Shown piece after piece: positions 48,849 through 57,900 of a DNA stretch of 64,000 bases. The notes below the pieces were generated by a model, which saw nothing but the letters and a program-made list of their open reading frames with translations, ran no database searches and was not told where the DNA came from. The position numbers were made by a program, and so were the translations under genes. The stretch's first letter is position 1. Every line of letters begins with the position of its first letter. The stretch lies in the IMG/VR virus record IMGVR_UViG_3300002835_000001, positions 128,001 through 192,000 of that record; one strand, written 5' to 3'. This DNA comes from a virus (lineage: Duplodnaviria; Caudoviricetes).

Positions 48849-50222
48849 TTATTTAGTTGCTAATTCTTGTCTTCTTTTAAACGCTTCAGCCGCACGGTTA
48901 GCATTGATTTGTGTTTTTTGTTCCTCGTGACCTAATAAGGTATTTTGTGATTCTGTATCAATTTCCAAAAACTCATTGTTAAATTTACAATTTTGAAATA
49001 CGACACCATCTTTACCGATACGAGATTTAAGTAATGTTAAGGTTGCTAAGTTATGTTCTTTTTGTTCTAATGTTTTACCAATAGATAAAATAACGTGAGC
49101 AATTTGTGCCTTTTTAATTGATCCACCCATTTGGTCTCCTGTAACCACTTCACTAGAAATTGATTCTCTATTACCTTGTGTTGCCGTCCATATTGCCATT
49201 TCAAATTCACCCGTCATAGATTCTAAACTTCTCATTACTGAACCCTCACCTTTCCATTCATCACCATTAGTCGATTTATCCGATGAAATACAATCCACGT
49301 AATCTAAAACTAATAAATCAATTTTGGTTCCGTCTGAATTCATTTTTCTGATTTTGTTTTTAATTTCAGAAACGGTTACATTATCACTAGCCAATTTTAA
49401 TAATTTAATACTACCTTTTGAACGTTGTTGAGCCTCCTCGATTTTAATCTTAACTTCCTCAACATTATCAGGTTGTGAATCAGGTGCAATACCTGTCCAA
49501 ATCGTATAGTGTTTTCTTTTAATATTACCCGGATTATCCTCAAAAAATATTTGTACGACATTATAACCTAAGTTATATGCGGTATTTGCAAACTTTGTAA
49601 GTAAGGTAGTCTTACCAGTACCCGTAGGAGCTAATACAATACCCAATTCTCCTATTCCTAATCCACCTTTAAGTAAGTTGTCGATTCCAACAATACCTGT
49701 CGGTAATGGGTGTCTAAAGTCCTTCTCTAACGCCTCATCAATACCATGAAAAACATCGGTCGCGTCATCGTTTGAAATTCCAACTTGAAGTGCCTTTTGA
49801 ATAATTTGTTCAATCTTATTGTAAGATTCGAAATCCCCATTATCAATAATACTTTGTACTCCTTTTAATTCTTTTTTTAAGTTTTGTTGTTTACAAAAGT
49901 TAAGTGCCGTGTCTTTAACGTAATCAACTTGTTGTTCGTTGTTTTTAATTGCATCTAACGTATCTGCGTGTGATTTAGATGAGGTGTTATTACCACCTTC
50001 AGCCATAATTTTCTGTGCAATTGTGTTGTAATCGGGTATTTTATTATAATTTTTATATAACTCCTTCATGTTTTCCATGATGAATTTAAATGAGTTATTA
50101 TCAAAAAACTTACTATCTAATACGTCAATAATTGTTTCTCCATATTTTTTATCTTCAATAATCGCCTTCAATAAAGATTGTTGAAACGAAAATCCTAAAT
50201 GCCCAAAATTTCTCTCTTCCAT
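48849..50222 (-). CDS. dnaB: Replicative DNA helicase (DnaB/T4 gp41-like)
   Basis: LPTGIVGIDNLLKGG, Walker A APTGTGKT, LVLDYVD, WTATQGNR, LKSRIG. Confidence 0.93.
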   Translation of the reverse strand: MEERNFGHLGFSFQQSLLKAIIEDKKYGETIIDVLDSKFFDNNSFKFIMENMKELYKNYNKIPDYNTIAQKIMAEGGNNTSSKSHADTLDAIKNNEQQVDYVKDTALNFCKQQNLKKELKGVQSIIDNGDFESYNKIEQIIQKALQVGISNDDATDVFHGIDEALEKDFRHPLPTGIVGIDNLLKGGLGIGELGIVLAPTGTGKTTLLTKFANTAYNLGYNVVQIFFEDNPGNIKRKHYTIWTGIAPDSQPDNVEEVKIKIEEAQQRSKGSIKLLKLASDNVTVSEIKNKIRKMNSDGTKIDLLVLDYVDCISSDKSTNGDEWKGEGSVMRSLESMTGEFEMAIWTATQGNRESISSEVVTGDQMGGSIKKAQIAHVILSIGKTLEQKEHNLATLTLLKSRIGKDGVVFQNCKFNNEFLEIDTESQNTLLGHEEQKTQINANRAAEAFKRRQELATK

Positions 50223-50249
50223 GTGTTTATTTTATAATGTGTGTTTAAA

Positions 50250-50705
50250 TTACAATTGATAATTCAAGTATGTGGTTTCCAATTCTTCTGAAGACAGGAT
50301 GTCAGTTAAGTCTGACAAGATACGCTTCAAATTTGGACGGATATCGACAGTATACCTAACCTTTGGATGATAGTAATATGCTGGGAATATTCTTTGAATA
50401 AATACATCTTCATTCAATTTAATTTCCAATAAAAAGTGTTCTCTATCCTTCTCGGGAGCGTCTTCCACATAGTCCGAAGATAGGAAATAATTTTGATTTT
50501 CGCACAAATAATCAGAACTTTTTATTTTTAAATCTTCAGAAATATCCTCACAAATATTTCTTAGATAATAATGAAGGTCCATAGATCGTCTCGAATTTTC
50601 CACATGATCCTTTACATTAAAGAATCTTTGACAAATAATGTTTCCCTCTAATGTTAATAGGAATTCAAATTTTGTAATGTCCGGTTGTTGTTGGTAGTTA
50701 CTCAT
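50250..50705 (-). CDS. Hypothetical protein in replication operon (151 aa)
   Basis: ORF track; between 5'-3' exonuclease and helicase. Confidence 0.75.
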   Translation of the reverse strand: MSNYQQQPDITKFEFLLTLEGNIICQRFFNVKDHVENSRRSMDLHYYLRNICEDISEDLKIKSSDYLCENQNYFLSSDYVEDAPEKDREHFLLEIKLNEDVFIQRIFPAYYYHPKVRYTVDIRPNLKRILSDLTDILSSEELETTYLNYQL

Positions 50706-51720
50706 AACTTTTGATTTTAATTATTTTTTTTTTATTTTTTTCTTTTGTTGTTAATCGAAGGAATGGGTTTAAGAATTTAACAAATCCATCATCTGATTTT
50801 GGTAATAGATTAAAAATTCCATCGTCCCTCATCATTCTCATGGCGTTTTTGTAAGACCTACCTTCTTGATCTAAGTTTTCATTTATTAGTAAATCTATGT
50901 TTTCTTTAGCCTCGTCGGTTAAAAAAGGTTCTTCCAAACTTACGATACGATTGTTTATATCAAAAAACTCCTCACCTAATACACCATGTTTGGTAACACC
51001 TGTTAGTAAATTCGCAATAAGTTTGTTGTGTTTGTCTTGTTGAAAGATTTCCTCACATTTGTTCTTAACTTGTTCAACAGAAATTTGTTGTGTTTTTAGT
51101 TCGGGAAAAACCGATAAAAATCGTTTTACGCCCATCCCTCTTATGCCGGCAATGTTGTCTGAGGAGTCACCACACATCATCTTAACCAATTTAACATTTT
51201 CAATTAAGATTTCCTCGTGGTTATAAACAATTGTATCGTTTTGTTTGTAAAGTTTTCCGTGTGACGGATTGTAGATTTGTGTATTTTTTGAAACCAATTG
51301 TGTTAGGTCTCCGTCTGAAGAATAAACTATTTTATTTTCTTTGGGTGAATTCTGAGTATAGTATGCAATGTTGTCATCAGTCTCACAATACTCATATTCT
51401 CCCTGTCTTACGAATAACTCTTCAAGATATTGTTTTACTCTATCTCTTTGGTAACCGTAAGAGTTAACTTCTTCTTCAGAACGAAGTCGTGATCTTCTGT
51501 TTTCTTTGTAAGGTGCGTAAATTTTCTTACGAGTTTGGGACCCTTCTAATCCATCCCAAAATACAACTATCTTGTCTAAATTGTACGTCTCAAATGTTCT
51601 TCTAAGAGTATTAAGAAAATGATACATTCCCCCAATGTGTTCTCCATTATGAAAGGCATTTTTAACGCCATAGAAACCAATCGTAAGTAAATTGTCGCCA
51701 TCTACTAATAAAACAGACAT
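50698..51720 (-). CDS. 5'-3' exonuclease / flap endonuclease (T4 RNase H, PolA N-terminal-like)
   Basis: LLVDGDNL, VVFWDG, YKENR, ETDDNIA, SSDGDLTQL, GDSSDNIAGIRGMG. Confidence 0.93.
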   Translation of the reverse strand: MSVLLVDGDNLLTIGFYGVKNAFHNGEHIGGMYHFLNTLRRTFETYNLDKIVVFWDGLEGSQTRKKIYAPYKENRRSRLRSEEEVNSYGYQRDRVKQYLEELFVRQGEYEYCETDDNIAYYTQNSPKENKIVYSSDGDLTQLVSKNTQIYNPSHGKLYKQNDTIVYNHEEILIENVKLVKMMCGDSSDNIAGIRGMGVKRFLSVFPELKTQQISVEQVKNKCEEIFQQDKHNKLIANLLTGVTKHGVLGEEFFDINNRIVSLEEPFLTDEAKENIDLLINENLDQEGRSYKNAMRMMRDDGIFNLLPKSDDGFVKFLNPFLRLTTKEKNKKKIIKIKSYE

Positions 51721-51732
51721 TAAATAAATTTA

Positions 51733-52713
51733 TTATAAATCACTTTCCTCTGTTACAACTTCCACGTCTGTGATGTCTGTAACATTAACACCTAACATCT
51801 TACCGATGTAATCACCCTGTTCTTTTTTATAATCCTCAATTGATTTCTTCTCTTCTGAATCTTCTTTTGCTGACATAAATCCGTGGGCGGTAACTAAGAT
51901 ACGTCCGTCTTCATAACCTGAACCATTGATATGATTTTTCATTATGGAAATTTTTGTTCTTGTTGCTATTTTAATTTTTCTCTTATCTTTTGTGATGGAG
52001 ATTTTAGTTGTACCCGCACCTTTTTGATTACCAAATAAGAATACAATACTTGAGTTTAACCAAATCGCTTCTCCACCTTTTGCTTTAATCTTAGGTTGTC
52101 CGAAAGGATTATCAGGTAATTCTACCCAAGGTTGGTTAACAATGATTAATGTGTTTGTGTAAGGTTTATCTGTCCTTCTTGACCCTGAAATACGTTGGTT
52201 GATACCCATTCCAATTTTGTCAGCTAATACCGACGCGTTGTGCTGTTTACCACCTTTACCATCGTAAGTCATTTTACAAGGGACTGAACCTACAGAATCC
52301 CAAAGGATTAATAAATCGTGAGGTAAGTCTCCCTTTTCTTGAGCATCTAATAATTCATTGATGTACTCAGTAATTTGTTCGATATACTCAAAATCACTAT
52401 TGAAAAGATAATCTCCGTTCTTATCAAATCCCATTAACTCCGCGTGTTCCCAACTCCATTTTTGTTCTGTAATAACGAACACAGGAACAACTCCTTTCTT
52501 TTGTGCATCTACCGCTGACTTTACAAGTGCGGTTGTTTTACCTGTATCACTGTGACCTAATAACATATTGATGTGTCCCATCGCTGGACCTGGAAGCCCT
52601 GTGGCGTCCAAGAAAGCATCTCCTAAATCGAAGAAACGGTCAGCCTTGTATTCAGCTTCTTTCGAGAATTTCTTCTTGATTGCTGAAAAATCTGTTTTTT
52701 TAATACCTGCCAT
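51733..52713 (-). CDS. recA: RecA/UvsX-like recombinase
   Basis: Walker A GHSDTGKT, ILWDSVGS, IIVNQ, KAKGGEA, KNHING. Confidence 0.9.
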   Translation of the reverse strand: MAGIKKTDFSAIKKKFSKEAEYKADRFFDLGDAFLDATGLPGPAMGHINMLLGHSDTGKTTALVKSAVDAQKKGVVPVFVITEQKWSWEHAELMGFDKNGDYLFNSDFEYIEQITEYINELLDAQEKGDLPHDLLILWDSVGSVPCKMTYDGKGGKQHNASVLADKIGMGINQRISGSRRTDKPYTNTLIIVNQPWVELPDNPFGQPKIKAKGGEAIWLNSSIVFLFGNQKGAGTTKISITKDKRKIKIATRTKISIMKNHINGSGYEDGRILVTAHGFMSAKEDSEEKKSIEDYKKEQGDYIGKMLGVNVTDITDVEVVTEESDL

Positions 52714-52731
52714 TGTTTTGTGTTTAAAAAT

Positions 52732-52753
52732 GGGGTGGATGTTTCACCACCCC
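52732..52753 (-). terminator. Terminator/attenuator hairpin between ssb and recA
   Basis: GGGGTGG-TGAAACAT-CCACCCC followed by ATTTTT on minus strand. Confidence 0.75.
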
Positions 52754-52762
52754 GTGAAATAA

Positions 52763-53608
52763 TTAGAATGGTAATTCTGAATCTACATCCTCATCTTCTT
52801 GTGGGTCAACCACAGGAGTTGATGGGGTTTTCGGTGTTGAAATTACTTCTTCCGATGTTGAATTGGATGCCCATTTGTTGCTGTTTGAATCCCAACGTGG
52901 AACCTCACCTTTAGCGACCATTTCTAAGTAATCCTCAGGTTTTTTAGAATAAACATCTGACCAAGTTAATTCGTTATCTACCCAAGTTTTTGCGACGTTT
53001 GCGTCTGTGTGTAACTGACCCGCGTCTTCAGGAATAACTGAATTGATGGTTGTGTATTCTTTACCTGTACCTGCCTTAGTTAAGGCTAAAGACAAGATTA
53101 AATCACGACCATTTTCAATATTGGTGATATCACCTTTGTTACGGAAAATTGGGAAGATTTTATCTAAAATACCATCACCTTTGTGATTGTGTTTAAATCT
53201 CCAAAATTTAGGTCCGTCTTGTTCGTTATCGCGATCGACAACTTTAACAATGTAGAACTTACGAGAACGATAATTACGAGCCAATTCTTTATCAGAATCA
53301 ACACCCGTCATCATCAAACCCTCATAAACTTCATGTAATGGGGAACGTTTTCCCTCTTGTTTTGGGTCATATAGTTTAACCCATTTTCCATCGACTTGAA
53401 CTTCGTGGAAGTAAACCTCAACAAATGGTGATGAACCATCTTTTGTTGGTAGAATACGAATACGTCTTTCTTCTCCCTTAGAACCCTTAGGTAATACTGT
53501 AGTGAAATAACGTTTCAATCTGTCCTCTGAGGACATTTTGTTTGCGGTGCCACTTGTGGCGTTTTTGCTTTTCTCGTACTGAGCGAGTACTGCATCAAAT
53601 GTTGACAT
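52763..53608 (-). CDS. Single-stranded DNA-binding protein (T4 gp32-like)
   Basis: IRILP..SPFVEVYFH, RKFYIVKVVDRD, GRDLIL, acidic C-terminal tail ending ELPF. Confidence 0.85.
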   Translation of the reverse strand: MSTFDAVLAQYEKSKNATSGTANKMSSEDRLKRYFTTVLPKGSKGEERRIRILPTKDGSSPFVEVYFHEVQVDGKWVKLYDPKQEGKRSPLHEVYEGLMMTGVDSDKELARNYRSRKFYIVKVVDRDNEQDGPKFWRFKHNHKGDGILDKIFPIFRNKGDITNIENGRDLILSLALTKAGTGKEYTTINSVIPEDAGQLHTDANVAKTWVDNELTWSDVYSKKPEDYLEMVAKGEVPRWDSNSNKWASNSTSEEVISTPKTPSTPVVDPQEDEDVDSELPF

Positions 53609-53634
53609 GTTGTTAAATTTTAATTATTTAAATT

Positions 53635-53658
53635 GTTATAGTAAAATATACATAAAAA
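53635..53658 (-). promoter_or_regulatory. Class A promoter upstream of ssb
   Basis: TTTTTATGTATATTTTACTATAAC closely matches clpP site TTTTTACATATATTTGTACTATAAC. Confidence 0.6.
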
Positions 53659-53682
53659 AACCCAGACTTGGAAATCTGGGTT
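53659..53682 (-). terminator. Rho-independent terminator after ferritin-like gene
   Basis: AACCCAGA-TTTCCAAG-TCTGGGTT followed by T-run. Confidence 0.85.
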
Positions 53683-53713
53683 AAAGTTTTTTAATATTTT
53701 TTTTGGGTTTGTG

Positions 53714-54085
53714 TTATTCCATCGTAAATAGATACGCATATTTGTTTACCAATCCTAAAAATTCATCTCTTAGGTTTAATAAATCGGTGTCTGAAGGGTC
53801 AAGTTGTTCTGTAAATTGTACCAACGCCTCTCTAGTCGTATTAACTAAACCTTTAATATCTATTTCAGATAAATTTGATAATTCTATAGTTTTTGTTTCT
53901 TCATCCAAAACAAATCTACCATACTTACCCATTGCCTGTTCAATATACTTGTCAATTAATGGAGTTAAGTCGTCGTAGAAATTACCAAATGCCTCATGTC
54001 TTGCAATACCTTTGGTTTGCCAATGACATATTTTCATTTGATTTTGTAAACCTAAAAAAAAGTTTACATTAGAACTTATATTCAT
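53714..54085 (-). CDS. Ferritin/Dps-like four-helix protein (DUF5856-like)
   Basis: ICHWQTKGIARHEAFGNFYDDL..LIDKYIE matches H-W...H..F..Y...D...E of Dps-like proteins. Confidence 0.75.
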   Translation of the reverse strand: MNISSNVNFFLGLQNQMKICHWQTKGIARHEAFGNFYDDLTPLIDKYIEQAMGKYGRFVLDEETKTIELSNLSEIDIKGLVNTTREALVQFTEQLDPSDTDLLNLRDEFLGLVNKYAYLFTME

Positions 54086-54704
54086 CTTCCTCTTCGCTTG
54101 GGTTAAATGATGTTTTTATATTTTCAACTGGATAATTTTCAACCTCGTCTTTGGTTAAAATGTATTCATTCTTACCACTTGCTCTCATCTCACCTTGTTT
54201 GTGTGCGAAGAATTCTTGTGGTTTCTCATTAAATGGATATGAATCCAAAGAACGCATTTCAAGTCTTTCAACTTCAGTTTTTGGTTTGTTGGCCTCAACG
54301 GTTGCACCTAATTGGTCAATCTTACTCATTACTTGGTCCATTTGAGCTAATTTTTGTTCTAAATCAGTTAGCTTTGTAAACACGTCGTCCATCTTAGTTA
54401 TCACCTCGTTGTTTGATCCCGTACTATCTTCTTGGTCTTTCTTAACACTTTTAACCATGTTAACCAAATCGGTAATATCTACTTCTTCTGTATTGTCCAT
54501 TTCAGGAGCGGGTGCTGCGTCCATAGGTGGTGCGTCAGCAGTAGGTAATGCGTTTGGATCTGGTGCCATATCTGCAGGTGCTCCTAAAGCTGGGTCCAAT
54601 GCTGGATCGGCAGGAGGTGCGTCTTGTTCCATTATCATCGTCTTACCATATTTATTTATGGCTTTATAACGATTTAATTCTTCTTGTAGTTTTTTCTCTA
54701 ACAT
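54069..54704 (-). CDS. Acidic protein with Pro/Ala linker and coiled coil, candidate head-internal protein
   Basis: LQEELNRYKAINKY, IMEQDAPPADPALDPALGAPAD. Confidence 0.6.
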   Translation of the reverse strand: MLEKKLQEELNRYKAINKYGKTMIMEQDAPPADPALDPALGAPADMAPDPNALPTADAPPMDAAPAPEMDNTEEVDITDLVNMVKSVKKDQEDSTGSNNEVITKMDDVFTKLTDLEQKLAQMDQVMSKIDQLGATVEANKPKTEVERLEMRSLDSYPFNEKPQEFFAHKQGEMRASGKNEYILTKDEVENYPVENIKTSFNPSEEEDEYKF

Positions 54705-54707
54705 GGC

Positions 54708-54911
54708 TTAATCTTGTAATAATTGTCTACCGTCGTTTGTAACGTATTTTTTATTTATTCTTTCAACAATTCCGTCTTTTTCTCTGATTGTGTAACATTC
54801 TCCCGTTACCATATCACACTCTTCTCTTTCCATTTCATCATTTGATGTTCTTTTAGTCTGTTTAGGACTTAAGAACTGATCCATGGTGTTGTTTAATTTA
54901 TTATTTTCCAT
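54708..54911 (-). CDS. Hypothetical protein (67 aa)
   Basis: ORF track; GATATTTATA at 54928-54937. Confidence 0.7.
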   Translation of the reverse strand: MENNKLNNTMDQFLSPKQTKRTSNDEMEREECDMVTGECYTIREKDGIVERINKKYVTNDGRQLLQD

Positions 54912-54927
54912 AATTTTCTGTTATATG

Positions 54928-54937
54928 TATAAATATC
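54928..54937 (-). promoter_or_regulatory. Class B (late-type) motif GATATTTATA; representative of sites at 2395, 9080, 17157, 19450, 23413, 24065, 31672, 33888, 34603, 42981, 45318
   Basis: Positionally conserved TATTTA(T/C) upstream of start codons of structural/late genes. Confidence 0.65.
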
Positions 54938-54955
54938 CCAAATTTGTTAATATTC

Positions 54956-57900
54956 TTAAATGATTTCAAAATATACAACATCCCCATCTTGTACTTTTAA
55001 ATCTTTCATTAATTGTTTAGATAGTGCCAATCCAGATTTAACCCCTGTTGGTCCTGCATTAATTGGTCCTGTTATGTTATTAACGTTAATTTGTCCCGAA
55101 CCAACTGGTGGTACGGTTATTGGGGTTTTTACATCCTTTGGGTTATAAAACTTAGTGGTTCCTTTGATAATTAAATTTGGTTTAGCTACATCAAAATCAA
55201 ATTTTGTCGAATAGAAGTATCTTGTTGAACTTGATAAATCTTTCCAAGTAATTGGGTTGGGTTCTATTGTATGTTCCGTTTGTCTCGAAATAATATTCAT
55301 AGATATTGTTTCTTTTATCTCATAATTTGGTCCACCCATAGTAATAACTTGAGCCCTTAAATAATCTTTTCCATTGAAACTAACTTTTTGAATGTACTTT
55401 TCTTCGTTATATCCATTATATGGTACACCATATTGTGTAACCCCTTGTTCTAATAATATTTTTTCTCCGTTAATAGCTTGTTTACTATCTCCCATATCTG
55501 ATAAGAATGTTTTACCATCACTTGTTGTGTGTGTTTGTTCATTCTTTGTTGACCCTGTTGTTGTGGAATTTTCTTGTTCTTTAGTTTTAGCAATTGCCGC
55601 TCTAGTTATCTTGTCAAATAAAACCCTATAACTTGATAGGAATGAATCCTTAGGGTCAGGTAATGATGCATAAGGAATTCTTGTACCTTTAAATGTGGTT
55701 ATTATATTATTATTCCTAATACTATGTGAAACTTCAGTTATCCAATATGACCCCCTAAACATAGGCACATTTTTTAAATAAAAATACATTGTTGGTTGAA
55801 TCATAACATTACCCATACATGTTACGTCACAAGTATATGATGCCTGTCTGTATATGTCAAATAAACTTATGTCTATTTGATTTGCAGCCGCACCACTTTC
55901 AGAACGACCCAAATTTTCAATAACATTAAATGATTCTGTGGTGTTCCTTATTGATGATTGGTCAAGTTGTACACTCTTAAAAATACCTTGGTTTTGGTCA
56001 CCAACACTTACTTCAAACGCAACCACTTTATTAGATTTTGCATAATCTCCTTGACTAAACACCTGTGGTGTTGTTATAACTAATGGACTACCTACTCCAC
56101 TAAATAAGTTACCACTATCGTTTTTAAATTTATATTTTTCGTTAATGTCAGCCAACTCTAGATGTTTAGATGTTGGTCCCGTATATTGAATAAGAATTTT
56201 AGGTGAAGAATCTTGATAGTCCACATCTAAAAATGTTCCAAATAAATTTTCAGCAATTTTCTTAGATGGTGTTATTCTAGATTTAGTTGAGTTGTTTGTT
56301 CCGTAGAAATTAACGTATGCTGGTAATCCCCTCATATCAAATCCCGTTCCTTGTATTAACATTGATATTACACTATAAAGATTCGCCTTACTATTTTTTG
56401 TATCTTCTAATGGTAATAATTTTTCAAGTGAAAGGTACGCTTGGTCTCCTATGTCTTTATTTGCTTTATCTAAGAATAAAAATTCTTCCATTAAAGTCCT
56501 TTGTCCTAATGAATTTCCTGCAACCCATTTATCATTAAACGATTTAAAGTAATTATATAATTCTAATTTTAATGGAATGTCATTATATCCATTTACAATC
56601 GTAACCTCATTTTTACTATCTTTAACTGTTAAAGTTGATAACTTAGGTAATAATTGTGTAAAATATTGTCCAAGTCTTAATTCAGGTCCTCTCAATATTT
56701 TTGTTTTTATATAATCTTGGAAATCTGCCTTTGTTGGGGTGTATGCTAATCCTTTACTTTCGACCCATCCAGCAAATATTAGAATCAATGGTCTAAATAT
56801 TAATACATTTTCTTCACTTAATTCTACATTATTAGTTACGAAGAAATTTTTATAACAATCTGTTGATGGTTCTCCTCCCACATATAAATCAATATACATT
56901 TTATTAGAACTATATTGTGATGAATTGTACTCATTATATGAAAACCTATTTACGTCATCTATTTGAGCAAAACCATTCCATACATTTGGTACAATTTCTT
57001 TTGGGTTACCAATCGTTACTTTTAATAAATTATCAGTTCCTAATATTTGTTGAGTTATTGATTCTAATTTTTTTAATTGTTTTTCTTTTAATGTTGTTAT
57101 AATTGCATTAACATCTGTGTTGTCATTATTATCGTCTTTATCTATGGTAACTAAAGCCTTTAATAAATCTTGAAATTTATCATATTTTACAGAATGACTT
57201 TCAATTGTTTTAGTTTCACCGCTAACAATTCCTGTTACGTTATAGTCTGGAAATACTTTATATGGTATTTCTTCTTCTAATTTTTCTGTTGCAAAATCTA
57301 AAAAATATTCTTCAAATTTATCTAAAATTTGAGGACTAAATGTTGCAATTAAATCGTATATCTTTCTTTTTTCAGATGTTACTAATGAATACTTTGCATC
57401 TTCATCTTTGTTTAAATCGGTGAAAAATGGACCAGAATAATCGACCATATTAAAAAACAAAGTTCCAACATCATATGATTTATTATATTCATCATAATCA
57501 AAGAATTCTTTACCGTCATAATAATCCGTTACTGATTCATTATCATAACACCATAAAATTTTAAAATTTTTCTGTTCGTTACCACTAGCGGTAAGTCCAT
57601 TAGTAAAACCATTCTTAGACCCCCCAACTGAAGGTAATAATGTAAAATATTTGTCTGAAGATACTATTTTTGAGTTGTCAATAAAACTTGTGAAATACAA
57701 ACCATTATCACCAATAGGTTCTTGTACTACATTGATGGTCTTATTAGTAAATGCAGTATCAAATGATATGGTGTCACCAGTTGAAAATAAGAAATGTGAA
57801 TACCCATTTACAATTTGATGAAATACAGAATCATATAATGGATGTAAACCGATTACATTTTGTGATGTATAATTTACGTTTTGTCCAATATTAAATGTTA

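Noticed and set aside
45406-52713. Inteins or group I introns in nrdA, nrdB, helicase, recA
   Set aside because: Lengths and motif spacing are normal; no insertion or splicing motifs seen
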